Below, in pieces: positions 40,240 to 50,095 of a DNA stretch of 64,000 bases (position 1 is the stretch's first letter; the number at the start of each line of letters is the position of its first letter). This DNA comes from Balamuthia mandrillaris (lineage: Eukaryota). Made by a program: the position numbers and the translations under genes. The stretch covers positions 124,001 to 188,000 of the forward strand of contig JAVKOQ020000017.1 of NCBI GenBank assembly GCA_031835245.2, written 5' to 3'. The notes beneath the pieces were generated by a model that was given only the letters and a program-made list of their open reading frames with translations, did no database searches and was not told the origin of the DNA.

Positions 40240-40380
40240 CTACCGCCCCCTCACAGAGGAGGAGGAGGAGGTGGTAAGTGCTTGTAAAGTGAAAAAGCGG
40301 ATCAAGATGTTTCGGGCGGCGTTGGCATCTCGATCGGCCTGGTAGCCACACTCGGGTTGGGGGCACCGAAAGGTCTTGTT
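40240..40380 (-). pseudogene. C-terminal fragment of TnpB/Fanzor nuclease (half Zn finger plus RuvC-III)
   Basis: NKTFRCPQPECGYQADRDANAARNILIRFF matches the F-x-C-x(2-4)-CG-x3-DRD-x-NAARNI signature; RuvC-I/II are absent. Confidence 0.8.
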
Positions 40381-40645
40381 TATTGGCGGCAGCAGCAGCA
40401 TGAGCATCCATTCCGTACACCCCCCACCCCACACCCCAACCCACCACTTTGCCTTCAAAGACGTGGGAGAAGGAAGGGTTGTTTTGGCGGGAAACATGCT
40501 CATTGGCCCAAAAGACTAATGTCGTGATTTCTTTTTTCCTTGTCCTTAGATCTTATGATCTTTGCGCCGCCTTAATTTACAGCTGCATTAGTATTTTTTT
40601 TTTGGGTTTGTTGTTTCGGTTGAGTTGCTCTTCTTGTTTCTTATC

Positions 40646-41107
40646 TTATTCGGAGTGGGCCAGCGACCGGCTCGTTTTCTTCTTCTGCGTTTTGCTCTTT
40701 TCCTCTTGCTCTTCCATTTCTTCGGACTCGTCCTCCTCATCGCCGTCGGCCGAGTGAGGCGAAGCCGTGGAGAGCTGAGGAGCGGAGAAAGAAAGGCCAA
40801 GGATGGCGTGAGCCTGTGTCACTCCCTCCCACACCTCCTGTGCTTGTTGGGCGTGTTGCTGTTCTCTTGAAGGACCCACCTCCATGTACCAACAGTACCT
40901 TTCCTCTTCTTCCACTTCCTCGTCATCGTCATATTCTTTGCCTTTTCCTTGCTGTCCGCTTCCTGTTCTTCCTCTTCTTTGCCTCCTTGTTACGTTGATG
41001 GCAATTACTCGGTCAGAGGAGTTGTCAGTTGTGACCATAAAGAGATCTTGTTCGACGACAAAGACAAATGGTCTGTCTTGCTTCGTCTCTCCTGTGCTGG
41101 CTCCCAT
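40646..41107 (-). CDS. Hypothetical protein (~153 aa)
   Basis: Open ORF with protein-like composition and acidic/basic tracts; no recognised domain; start lies within a tandem repeat. Confidence 0.35.
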   Translation of the reverse strand: MGASTGETKQDRPFVFVVEQDLFMVTTDNSSDRVIAINVTRRQRRGRTGSGQQGKGKEYDDDEEVEEEERYCWYMEVGPSREQQHAQQAQEVWEGVTQAHAILGLSFSAPQLSTASPHSADGDEEDESEEMEEQEEKSKTQKKKTSRSLAHSE

Positions 41108-41208
41108 CCATGCTCATGTCCACTATCCTCTCTCCTGTCCTGGCTCCCATCCATGCTCATGTCCACTATCCTCTCTCTTGTCTTGTTTCCCATCCATGCT
41201 CATGTCCA
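41087..41208. repeat. 43-bp tandem repeat, about 3 copies
   Basis: CCCATCCATGCTCATGTCCA recurs at 41103, 41146 and 41189 with similar intervening sequence. Confidence 0.85.
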
Positions 41209-41275
41209 GGCTCGTATCTAGGATCATGTCCTATCTCAAGTCCGTATAACAGTGAAAAATATATAGTGAGAAGAG

Positions 41276-42592
41276 ATGAAGGCCTCTCCTCCTTTGCTTC
41301 GTTCCGCAAGGGGAGCGAACGCGTTGCTCTGGGGCAAGAGGGTTGTCCGCCACAACAACAGCAGCAGAGCAAGTACCACCTGTGCCTTCTCTCGCGCTCA
41401 GGCCCGGCGCTTTTCTTCCAATCGAACCACAGCCAACCTTGTGGGTGGTTCCCTCAACAGCGACAATGAGCACAGACGAGCAACACAAAAGCTGTGCTAC
41501 TCTTCCTCTTCTTCGTCTTCCTCTCCTTCCCAACTGCAGAGCTCGCCTGCCGTCCTTCTCCACAAAGACGTTACCAAAGGCGTTGCCACCGTCACTCTCA
41601 ACAAGTGCGCATCGTTTTTTTTTTTTTGCTTTTCTCTTTTGGCTCAGGAGACCCCTCTCATCCCTTCTCTTCTCATCGATTTAAAACAAACAAAAAAGCC
41701 CAAAGACAAGAAACGCGTTGTCCATCTCCACGTTGCAACAGCTGCAGGAGATACTGAACGACCTGCGGCAGGACTCCAGCATGAGGGCCGTTCTCCTCCG
41801 AGCGCTCCCATCGGGCGGGGGCTCCGTCTTCAGCTCTGGCCACAACCTCAAGGAGCTGCACGGCCAAACGCAGGAATACTATCAGCAGTTGTTCAGGCTT
41901 TGCTCCGAGGTCATGCAGTCCATTCGTGCTTTGCCTCTGCCTGTCATCGCACAAGGTTTCCTTCTCCTTATGTCTCTTTCCTCCCTTCTGCTTCCTTCTT
42001 ATGTCTCACGTTCCTCCTTCTCTTCCTCCTCCTCCATAAAGTGGATGGCCTGGCCACAGCAGCAGGAGCACAGCTGGTGGCGAGCTGCGACATCGTCATC
42101 GCCACGGAGCGCTCGGCCTTCGCCACGCCCGGCGTGAAGATCGGTCTGTTCTGCACGACGCCCGGCGTGGCCATCGCTCGTTCGCTCTCCTCCTCCAAGA
42201 AAGCCATGGAGATGCTCCTCACTGGCGAGCCCATCTCCGCCAACGAGGCCTATCTCTTTGGCCTCGTCAACCGTGTCGTTCCTTCTCCCTCATCATCTGG
42301 CAAAGAAGCGAAAGAAAGAGAGGAAGAAGAAGAGAGAGTGAAGGAAGAGTTGGAGAAGGAGACGTGGAAGGTGTTGGAGAAGATCACAAAGTCGAGCGCG
42401 GCGGTGAACGCGTTGGGCAAGAGAGCGTTCTATCGGCAGATGAAGGAAGGGTGGGATGCTGGCAGGGCTTATGAGAACGTGGCGGAGCCGGTCATGGTCC
42501 AGAATGCATTGCTGCCTGATGCGCAGGAGGGTATTGCTGCGTTTCTTCAGAAGCGTCCTCCTTCTTGGCCTTCGACTGCTAAACCAGAGTGA
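41276..42592 (+). CDS. ECHDC3: Enoyl-CoA hydratase domain-containing protein 3, mitochondrial (3 exons)
   Basis: VFSSGHNLKEL, LPLPVIAQ|VDGLATAAGAQLVASCD, FATPGVKIGLFCTTPGVAIAR, AMEMLLTGEPISA, DAQEGIAAFLQKRPPSW. Confidence 0.9.
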   Translation: MKASPPLLRSARGANALLWGKRVVRHNNSSRASTTCAFSRAQARRFSSNRTTANLVGGSLNSDNEHRRATQKLCYSSSSSSSSPSQLQSSPAVLLHKDVTKGVATVTLNKCASFFFFCFSLLAQETPLIPSLLIDLKQTKKPKDKKRVVHLHVATAAGDTERPAAGLQHEGRSPPSAPIGRGLRLQLWPQPQGAARPNAGILSAVVQALLRGHAVHSCFASACHRTRFPSPYVSFLPSASFLCLTFLLLFLLLHKVDGLATAAGAQLVASCDIVIATERSAFATPGVKIGLFCTTPGVAIARSLSSSKKAMEMLLTGEPISANEAYLFGLVNRVVPSPSSSGKEAKEREEEEERVKEELEKETWKVLEKITKSSAAVNALGKRAFYRQMKEGWDAGRAYENVAEPVMVQNALLPDAQEGIAAFLQKRPPSWPSTAKPE

Positions 42593-42678
42593 AGAGCAGA
42601 ACAGCATAAGGAGAAGGAGGAAGAGAGCAAAGAAACAAGAAGAAGGAGAGAGGAGACGTTATAATGGAAAGATTGTTG

Positions 42679-44493
42679 TTAGTTATTTGGCAGGTGAGAT
42701 TTACATTCATTGATGAGAGCTTGTAATCCTGCTCGTTGTTGTTCCTCTTCTTTATCTTCTCTCACCTTTTTCCTGTTTTTTGTATTCATGGTCAGGAAAA
42801 AAAAGAGAACCAAAACAATAAATGAAAAAACTAACCGAGAAGACAGAAACCGCTGAAAGGCTTCTAGGGAGTGCAAAGCCTCTCGCCACTTCTCTTGAAA
42901 CATGTAGGCCTGACCTTGCGTGAGATGCACGCTGTGCAGTTGCTCGTTCATGGCGAGCGCTAGCCTACAATCCCTCAAACTCTCCTCCACTCGTCCCAAC
43001 ATCAACAAGCAATGCGCTCGTTTGGAGTGAAGATCAGCGATGGCAATATCGACGCCAATTGCTTGGTATAGAGTTATTCTTCTTTGAGAGTCGTTTTGGT
43101 GTTGTTCAGAGGAAAAGAGAGAGGTGGTTGCGGTTTCGATGAAGTGAAGAGAGTCGTCTATGATGGAAATGGCGTCGCTGTAGATGAGCAAATATAGAAG
43201 ATGAGCGAATAGAGAAAGAAGAACGAAAGAAAGTGGAAGCACGAAGATGCAACAAGTGCAAAGAGAAAAATCAACATACTCCAATTCTTGTGCCAACATT
43301 CGTACGGAGGAGGCTGCAGCTGCCACATCCGCAAACTCAAGAAGCTTCACAATGAGGTCCGTTACCCACTCTCTATCCTGACGCACCTTCGCCGACTTGC
43401 AAATGTCAAGCAACGTCTTCTTCGAGTGATTAAAGGCTAAAGAAAAGCATTGCTTGGCAAAAGCAAAGTTGTGGCGCAGCATCTCCACCCTGCCCAGGCC
43501 TAAAAGGCCTCGAACAGAGTGCCGGTTCAACTGCAGCACTTTTTTGTATTCTTCTGTGGCTTTGTCCAGATTTCCCATGTACTGGTAGACGTCTCCTCGT
43601 AGCCCGTGTGCATCCCCATACTGGCATTACCATCAATGAGCGAAAGGTGAGAAAAAGAGAGAGCAAACACAAGAGGCCCAAAGATACGAAGGACAGTGCA
43701 GAAGAGGGAGTAAGAAGACCAAACCGCGGGATTTGCAAAGAGAATGTGCTCAGTGATCCGTAGACTCTCCTGAAAATTGCCAAGCGCTGCCTCGCACCTG
43801 GCCAGCGAAGCAAAGCTTGGAAGGTTCTCCGGCACCATTTCTGTGGCCTAGATAGTGATGGAACATTGAGGCTTAGAAGAGAAGCAGAGAAGCAGAGAGA
43901 GAGAGAGAGAGAGAGAGGAAGAGAAGGAGCAAGGACTGAAGAACAGAGAAAGACGGTTCACGAAGTACTTTTTGAAAGTCGCGTTTGGCGGCAGCGTAGT
44001 CCTTTCGACGAAGGAGCAGATCCGCACGGGCGAGGTACGCCCTGGGGTCGGAGGGCACCAGGTCCACGGCCTCCGTGTAGGCTTTGAGGGCCTGCTTCCA
44101 GTCCGTGCGTTCCTCCCACTCTTTGCCTTTCTGCAAGAGCTCCACAATGACTTGGTTGGCTGGACCGCCGTCATCCTCACTCCCTTCTTTCGCCGCGTCC
44201 GCCGCAACAGCAAAAGAAGACGAAAAGTTTCTCTGCGGAGCGCCAAAAGCGGCGGCGGCATAAGAGCAGCGAGGAGGAGCAGCCGCGGAGATGAGCGCGT
44301 TGTGGCGGCCGCAGCGCGGTGGTGCTGTTCCAAACCGCTGCTGAGCTCGCGGAGCGAGCAGCACGAAAGAGCTTCGAGTGCGTGCACGTGAGAGAGAGGC
44401 ACAAGAGGAAGCGGGGAAGTGGTAGGAGGAGGAGGAGGGGGAGGGGGAGAGCCAGCCAAACAAACTTCTTCCCAAGTTCTTGCCGCTACTCAT
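42679..44493 (-). CDS. TPR-repeat protein with mitochondrial-type presequence, multi-exon
   Basis: ALKAYTEAVDLVPSDPRAYLARA, GNLDKATEEYKKVLQLN, RAHCLLMLGRVEESLRDC TPR motifs. Confidence 0.75.
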
Positions 44494-44810
44494 TTCCCCT
44501 TTTGTTTTTTCTTCTTGGAAGAAGGTATTTCTGTCGACTTTAAGTAATGACGACACGACCAAGACCAACCAGGGCAGAGGAGAGGTCAACCGAGGAGGCG
44601 GGGTGAGGGGGCGCCATGTATTGCCCACACGTCCCAAAGGTTGACCTCTCAGTCGGTTCCTCCTGATCATAGCCGACGTTGATGCTCCTCGCAATACGTT
44701 CTTTGTACCACTTAATTCAAAGAGAAGAGAGGAGGAGAGATGGATAAGTATGAGAGAATGGATGCAGCGCATTGTTTAAAAGCAAGCCTAGGCATTCCGT
44801 CGTCAGTCAC

Positions 44811-45857
44811 TTATTGTTGCTGAGGTTGAGGAGCGTCTTTGGAATAGGTGAACAAAGCGGTAGCGGCGGAGGAGGCCTGTTGCAGGGAGGCTATAAGCTT
44901 GTCCAGGTCCTCTCGCGACAGCTCCAACAGGACCTCTTCATCGTCCGTTCCGCTGGCGCCTTTGAGGGAGAGGCTTAACCGAAGAATAGACTCTCTTGAT
45001 ACAGATATTTTATCACTGGAGAGCGCCAACTTTTAGTGTTATTGAAATAGGAGAACCAAAGTTAGAAATGAAGTAAGAGGAAGGTCTCTCTTCTCTCTTA
45101 TCCTCTCTCCTCTCTCTCTCTTTTCTCTCCTCTCTCTCTCTCTCTTGCTTTCTCGCTCGGTCGTACTAAAACATACTTGAAGCTTCCAGTCAAAGTCTTT
45201 GAGATATTTTTTGGATATCTTGGTTATGTCTCTACCAAGGGCTTCTCGTATTTGGTGTGTACGAAGGAGAATGCAGTCGGCAATGACGTCCATGTGTTCC
45301 TCTGGTACTTCATTCTCTTCCAACTCTGCCAAAATCTTCGAGAATGGAACAAAAACAAGAAAGAATAACCATGGATGGAAGGAGGTAAGTACGAAAAGAA
45401 CGAATGGAAGCAAAGAAGCGGCATGTCCCAACAGATGAACAAGAAAAATGAGAGAACTAGAGACTGAGGGACAAACAAGAATAAAGCAGAAGAGAGATGA
45501 ACAAAGAGAGAAGCAGGGGACGAGAGAACATTACCGTGTCTCGGTCGAGTTCAGCACCAACGGCTCTTCTACAAAAGGCTAAACAGCTTTTCACGATCAG
45601 TTTATACTGTTCGGTCTTTTCTTGAAAGTGTTGTTGCCAGTCGCACGGTCTTCCACACAGCTCATCGATCACCAAGTGAAGAAACTGTTTGTCCAGTGAG
45701 AGACCATGATTGAGTCAGTCATCAGATTTTTTTTTTGGCAAGTGTGAGTGTCAACAAATACCTCTTCAATGTCCATAACTTCATCCACAAAGCCCACATG
45801 CCTCAAATGCTTCAGCTTATCCGCCGCAAACACCAACCTGGCCGTTTCTTCCGTCAT
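44811..45857 (-). CDS. COMMD8: COMM domain-containing protein 8 (4 exons)
   Basis: LHLVIDELCGR, LKDFDWKLQ|LALSSDKIS, VLLELSREDLDKLIASL. Confidence 0.8.
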
Positions 45858-46032
45858 TTGTTTTTTCTTCTTCGTTTCTTCTTCGTTCCCTTTTTCTTTC
45901 TTCTGTCGCACGTCTCAGTTCGACTCTCACCCCAAACAAATTGGTTTTTGAATGGTTGTCGACAAAAACTACACTTTATGTGTTCAACATGACGACATGA
46001 AATCTTCCAGACCGCCAACAAAACAAGGAGAA

Positions 46033-46248
46033 ATGGAAGGTTACGCAAGGCTGGAGGAGCTGGACATGGCCACCCTCTCCATCCATGGGGACCACGGCTT
46101 GGAGCATACGCCAGACGTTGCCCCGCCTCTTCACCTCACCACCACCTTTTTCACTGGCAACTCGGATGGCCTCGTTTACTCTCGTGCCCGTACGCACTCT
46201 TCTACTCTTTTTGCGTCTCTTCTTCAAGTCTATTCACTCTTCTCTCTT

Positions 46249-46287
<39 letters not shown>

Positions 46288-46876
46288 CTCTCTCTCTCTC
46301 TCTCCATCTTAAAAAGATACAATGACCAGAACAAGGTTGGAGAAGGTGTTGGGAGAGTTGGATGGGGGTCATGCTGTGACCTATCCCACAGGCATGTCCA
46401 CCGTGACAGCGCTACTATTTTTGCTCAAGCCGCAGGTGGTCTACATTGCTGAGGGTGGCTACTTTGGGGTGCACGATGCCCTGCAGCACTGGAAGCAATT
46501 GATTGAGGCCTATGCTGGCGAAGGAGCGTTCAAGGTGGTAGACCTCAATGGAGGACAGCTGGAAGCTCTGGCAGCCAAGGAAAAAGAAGAGAGTGGAAAG
46601 GAGCAACGTGTCTTGATATGGTTCTTTGTCGTCAATCCTTCTTTCTTTCTTGTCGTTTCTTTCTTTCTTTTTTTTCTTTTCTTTCTGTCTTTCTTTTATG
46701 TCTGTCTGTCTGTCTTTCTTTTCTTTCTTTTCTTTCTTTCTTGTCGTTTCTTTCTTTCTTGTCGTTTCTTTCTTTCTTGTCGTTTCTTTCTTTCTTGTCG
46801 TTTCTTTCTTTCTTTCTTGTCGTTTCTTTCTTTCTTTCTTTCTATCCTTCTCTCTTTCTTTCTTTCTTTCTATCCT

Positions 46877-46909
<33 letters not shown>

Positions 46910-47755
46910 ACGCTTCTTTCTGTTCCTCTCTAAATTACGTTGAGTTGTGTTCTTACGTTTCCATTGTATCGTGTGTTTGCTGTTCTTTCTCTTGGTTATG
47001 AACGACTAACATAAAGCTATTTGCAATGAAGGCTTGAAACACCCAAAAATCCAACTTGCACCCTGCAAGACGTACCCTATTACAGGTCTCTCTGTCTCTT
47101 CCTCCTCTATTCTGAGCTTTCTTAATATTCTGACTGTGCTTTAGCAAGTTGGCCAAAGCTATTGGAGCAAAGGTGGCGGTGGACAGCACATTCGCCACAC
47201 CCATATTGCAAAAACCACTGTCACAAGGTGCTGACTATACCGTTCACAGCTGCTCCAAGTTTCTCTCTGGTCACAGCGATCTCACTGGTATACGGCTGGT
47301 CTTTTGTTTAATCCTGCCTTCATTTTACTGACAAACCTACCAACACAGCGGGAGCCATCATAACGAAGACTGAGGAAGAGGCCAAAGTTCTTCGCCAAGA
47401 ACGTAATTACAGAGGCAATGCTTTGGGCAATATGGAGACCTGGTTGTTGCTTCGCTCCCTCCGTTCTCTTTCTGTTCGTGTTGTGCAACAATCCCAATCT
47501 GCTGCTGAACTTGGTTTGTTTATTCTATTTTTTTTTTGGTCATTTACGGCTATTTATTTCGTATGTTTCTCTACAGCTAAATGGTTGGACAGCAAAGTTG
47601 GTGAGGAAGGATCTCACGTGAAGAAAGTTTGGCATCCAACATTAAAGTCCAATGGTGACAACTACGAACTTTGCCAAAGGCTAATGAACGGCATGTTACC
47701 CTTCTCTCTCTTTCTCTCTCTCTCATCTCTCTTCTATCTCTTTCGCTGCTTTTCT

Positions 47756-47802
<47 letters not shown>

Positions 47803-48150
47803 CTCCTTCTGTTGTCTTTCTTTCTTTTTTTGTGTGTCTAAATTTGAGAGAAGGGAAGGGACCAGGAATACTTAGCGTAGAGCTTGACACCGTTGAAAAC
47901 ACCTTCAAGTTCCAAAAGTCATTGAAGCTGTTCACCGATGCTACATCTCTTGGCGGCTACGAAAGTCTTATTGACTATCGCTACAGGTTCGGTTTATTAT
48001 CTTTTCTTGGGGTTGTGGTTTGCTTATTTTGCTGTTTTAATTTGAAGATGGGATAAAACGTGTTCGCCTACTTTGCTGCGAGTGAGTATTGGATTGGAAG
48101 CCACGCAAGATCTTATTAATGATATGGACGCTGCTTTGAAGAGCTTGTAA
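46033..48150 (+). CDS. Cys/Met metabolism PLP-dependent enzyme (cystathionine gamma-lyase/synthase family), multi-exon
   Basis: TLSIHGD, DVAPPLHLTTTF, LETPKNPT, VAVDSTFATP, HSCSKFLSGHSD (PLP Lys), ATSLGGYESLI, LLRVSIGLE. Confidence 0.9.
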
Positions 48151-48162
48151 AAACACAGAAGG

Positions 48163-49086
48163 TCATCGACGACGCCGACTATCGTCATTTCTTCTCTCAT
48201 TGCTGGGACTTCGACTGTATCTGCCTCTGTCCCTGTCCCTGTCGATGTCTCTATCTCTTGCTCTATAACTTTCTCTATGTCTATATCTGTCTCTATCTTT
48301 ATCTCTTTCCCTATCCCTATCCCTATATTCTCTATCTCTATCTCCGTCTCTGTTCCTGCCTTCTCGATCTCTATCTCTGTTTCTATTTCTGTCTCGGTCT
48401 CGTTCCCTGTCTCTGCGTTGATGCCTGTCCTTATCTTCTTGATCTTCCTCCTTCACTCGGCCCATCCTTCTGTTCTCTTCTCCACGTTCATCCTCGAGAA
48501 TCCGTTGTCTTTTCGGCTCCGCTTCTTCTCTTCTCGCCGCGGCTCTCTTTCTCTTATCGTCTTCTTGCTCCTCTTCCTCTTCCTCCTCCTTTTCTTCTCC
48601 CTCCTCGCCTTCTTCGTCCTCCTTTTTCTTTTCTTTCTTTGGGGGTTTGTACTCTTTGACGTGGTCCACCCGCAGAGTTCTTCCCGAGACCATGGCGCCG
48701 TTCAAATTATCGACAGCGAGGATGGTGCTGCGCTGATCCTCGTAGGCCATAAAGGCAAAGCCTTTGGGGTTGCCCGTTTTCTTGTCGCGCACACGGTTCA
48801 AGTCCACTATTTTGCCATACCTGAGTTTGCAATGTGCGGGAAAAAAGAAGCGAGAGTTGTTAGAGGATAAGAGACATCAGCAATCAAAAATCAAGAGAAC
48901 AAAGGAAAAAAAAAAGCCGTACTGTTCAAAGATGGAGATGATATCTGCTTCAGAGAGCTCGTGGTCCAAACCGCTTGCAAATATGTATGCAGAGTGTGCG
49001 TATTCGTCGTGCCATGAAGCTCCAGCACCGACCCCAAGCGCGGCTTCGCGCTGGTTGATCCTCTCTATCTCTTTCACCACGTTCAT
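48163..49086 (-). CDS. RBMX2: RES-complex RRM protein RBMX2/Ist3/Snu17 with RD-rich tail (2 exons)
   Basis: [11 protein letters not shown]...[52 protein letters not shown]. Confidence 0.92.
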
Positions 49087-50095
49087 TCCGTGTTGTTGTT
49101 GCTTCTCGTGCTGTTCTGCTACTTTTTCTTGGGCTGCTCCGCCTGTGCTCCGCCCCTGCACGCTGGGACTTCTTGTCGACAATAGTCAATGTCGACACGA
49201 GTAGCGCCAAACCAGGGATTAGAAGACCTTTTGAGCTGGTGGTGGACATTGCAGGGCTGCAATGTAGACAACGTAGTTCTCTTGAGTTTGATCGCCTCCG
49301 AAAGAGGAAAGGTTTCATTTCTTCAGCCATTTCTTTTACGATTATTTTTGTTTACGTGTTCTTTTGTTCTTTTTCTTCTTGTTATTGTTCTTCTCCTCCT
49401 CCCCCATGATGGAGGAGGAAGAAGACTACTCTGAGAACGAAACCAGAAAACGGAAAAGAAAACAAAATATTCCATTCTCTCTCAAACTCTTTCTTCTTGT
49501 GCTTACCATATGTTCGTTCTTCTCTTTGTTGGTTTTCTCATAGTCTCGCTCTCTGGTTTTCTCTCTTCTGCTATTTTCTCTGCGGACCCCTTCGTTGGCC
49601 AGTCGTCTCTCATCCCCAACAACAGACTTAAAAAAAAAAAGGAAAAGCAAGAAGCACCTCAGCAGAACGTGCTACGCTTCACGGCATTGCCATCACTCAT
49701 TTAGGTCCATAATGGTATACAGACAGGTAAATCTTTGCTATCGATTTTCACTCAAGCCCACCCAAGCATGCACATGCTTGTGCAGCGTCGTTCTTCTATT
49801 TTCGTTGTCAACTTTCGTTTGACTTGCAGCCCCCACCGATGGCAGGTTTGCAGTTGACTTTGCCACCCTTTCGGTGGATTGTCTCTCTGTTTTCGGTGCC
49901 CCCTCTGTTTGGCGAGAGGAGAGCGACCAACCTTTATGGAAGTGCCCTCTCTCTTTGAATGAGCCACTCGTGTTCATTCTCATTCTCATTCTCTTCACAC
50001 CAGAGCAGACATAAATTAAACTTCACCGCCAGGCAGCTGCTTCGAAACACAACTGCACAAACAACACAAACAAAAAACCAACAGGAGAAGGAATA

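Larger units (their letters stand above)
40069..40571 (-). mobile_element. Non-autonomous TIR DNA transposon (~503 bp) flanked by TTAA, carrying a TnpB/Fanzor remnant
   Basis: TTAA(40065-68)+GGCGGCGCCAAGATCA(40069-84) at one end; TGATCTTTGCGCCGCC(40556-71)+TTAA(40572-75) at the other, a 15/16 inverted match; internal TnpB-like peptide. Confidence 0.8.

Noticed and set aside
40381..40503. Treating the whole 87-aa ORF 40240-40503 as an intact nuclease
   Set aside because: Far too short and lacks RuvC-I/II; only the last ~45 aa show TnpB/Fanzor similarity.
41087..41208. Possible CRISPR-like array (20-bp repeats with spacers)
   Set aside because: The spacers are near-copies of each other, so this is a simple 43-bp tandem repeat; no cas genes, eukaryotic context.
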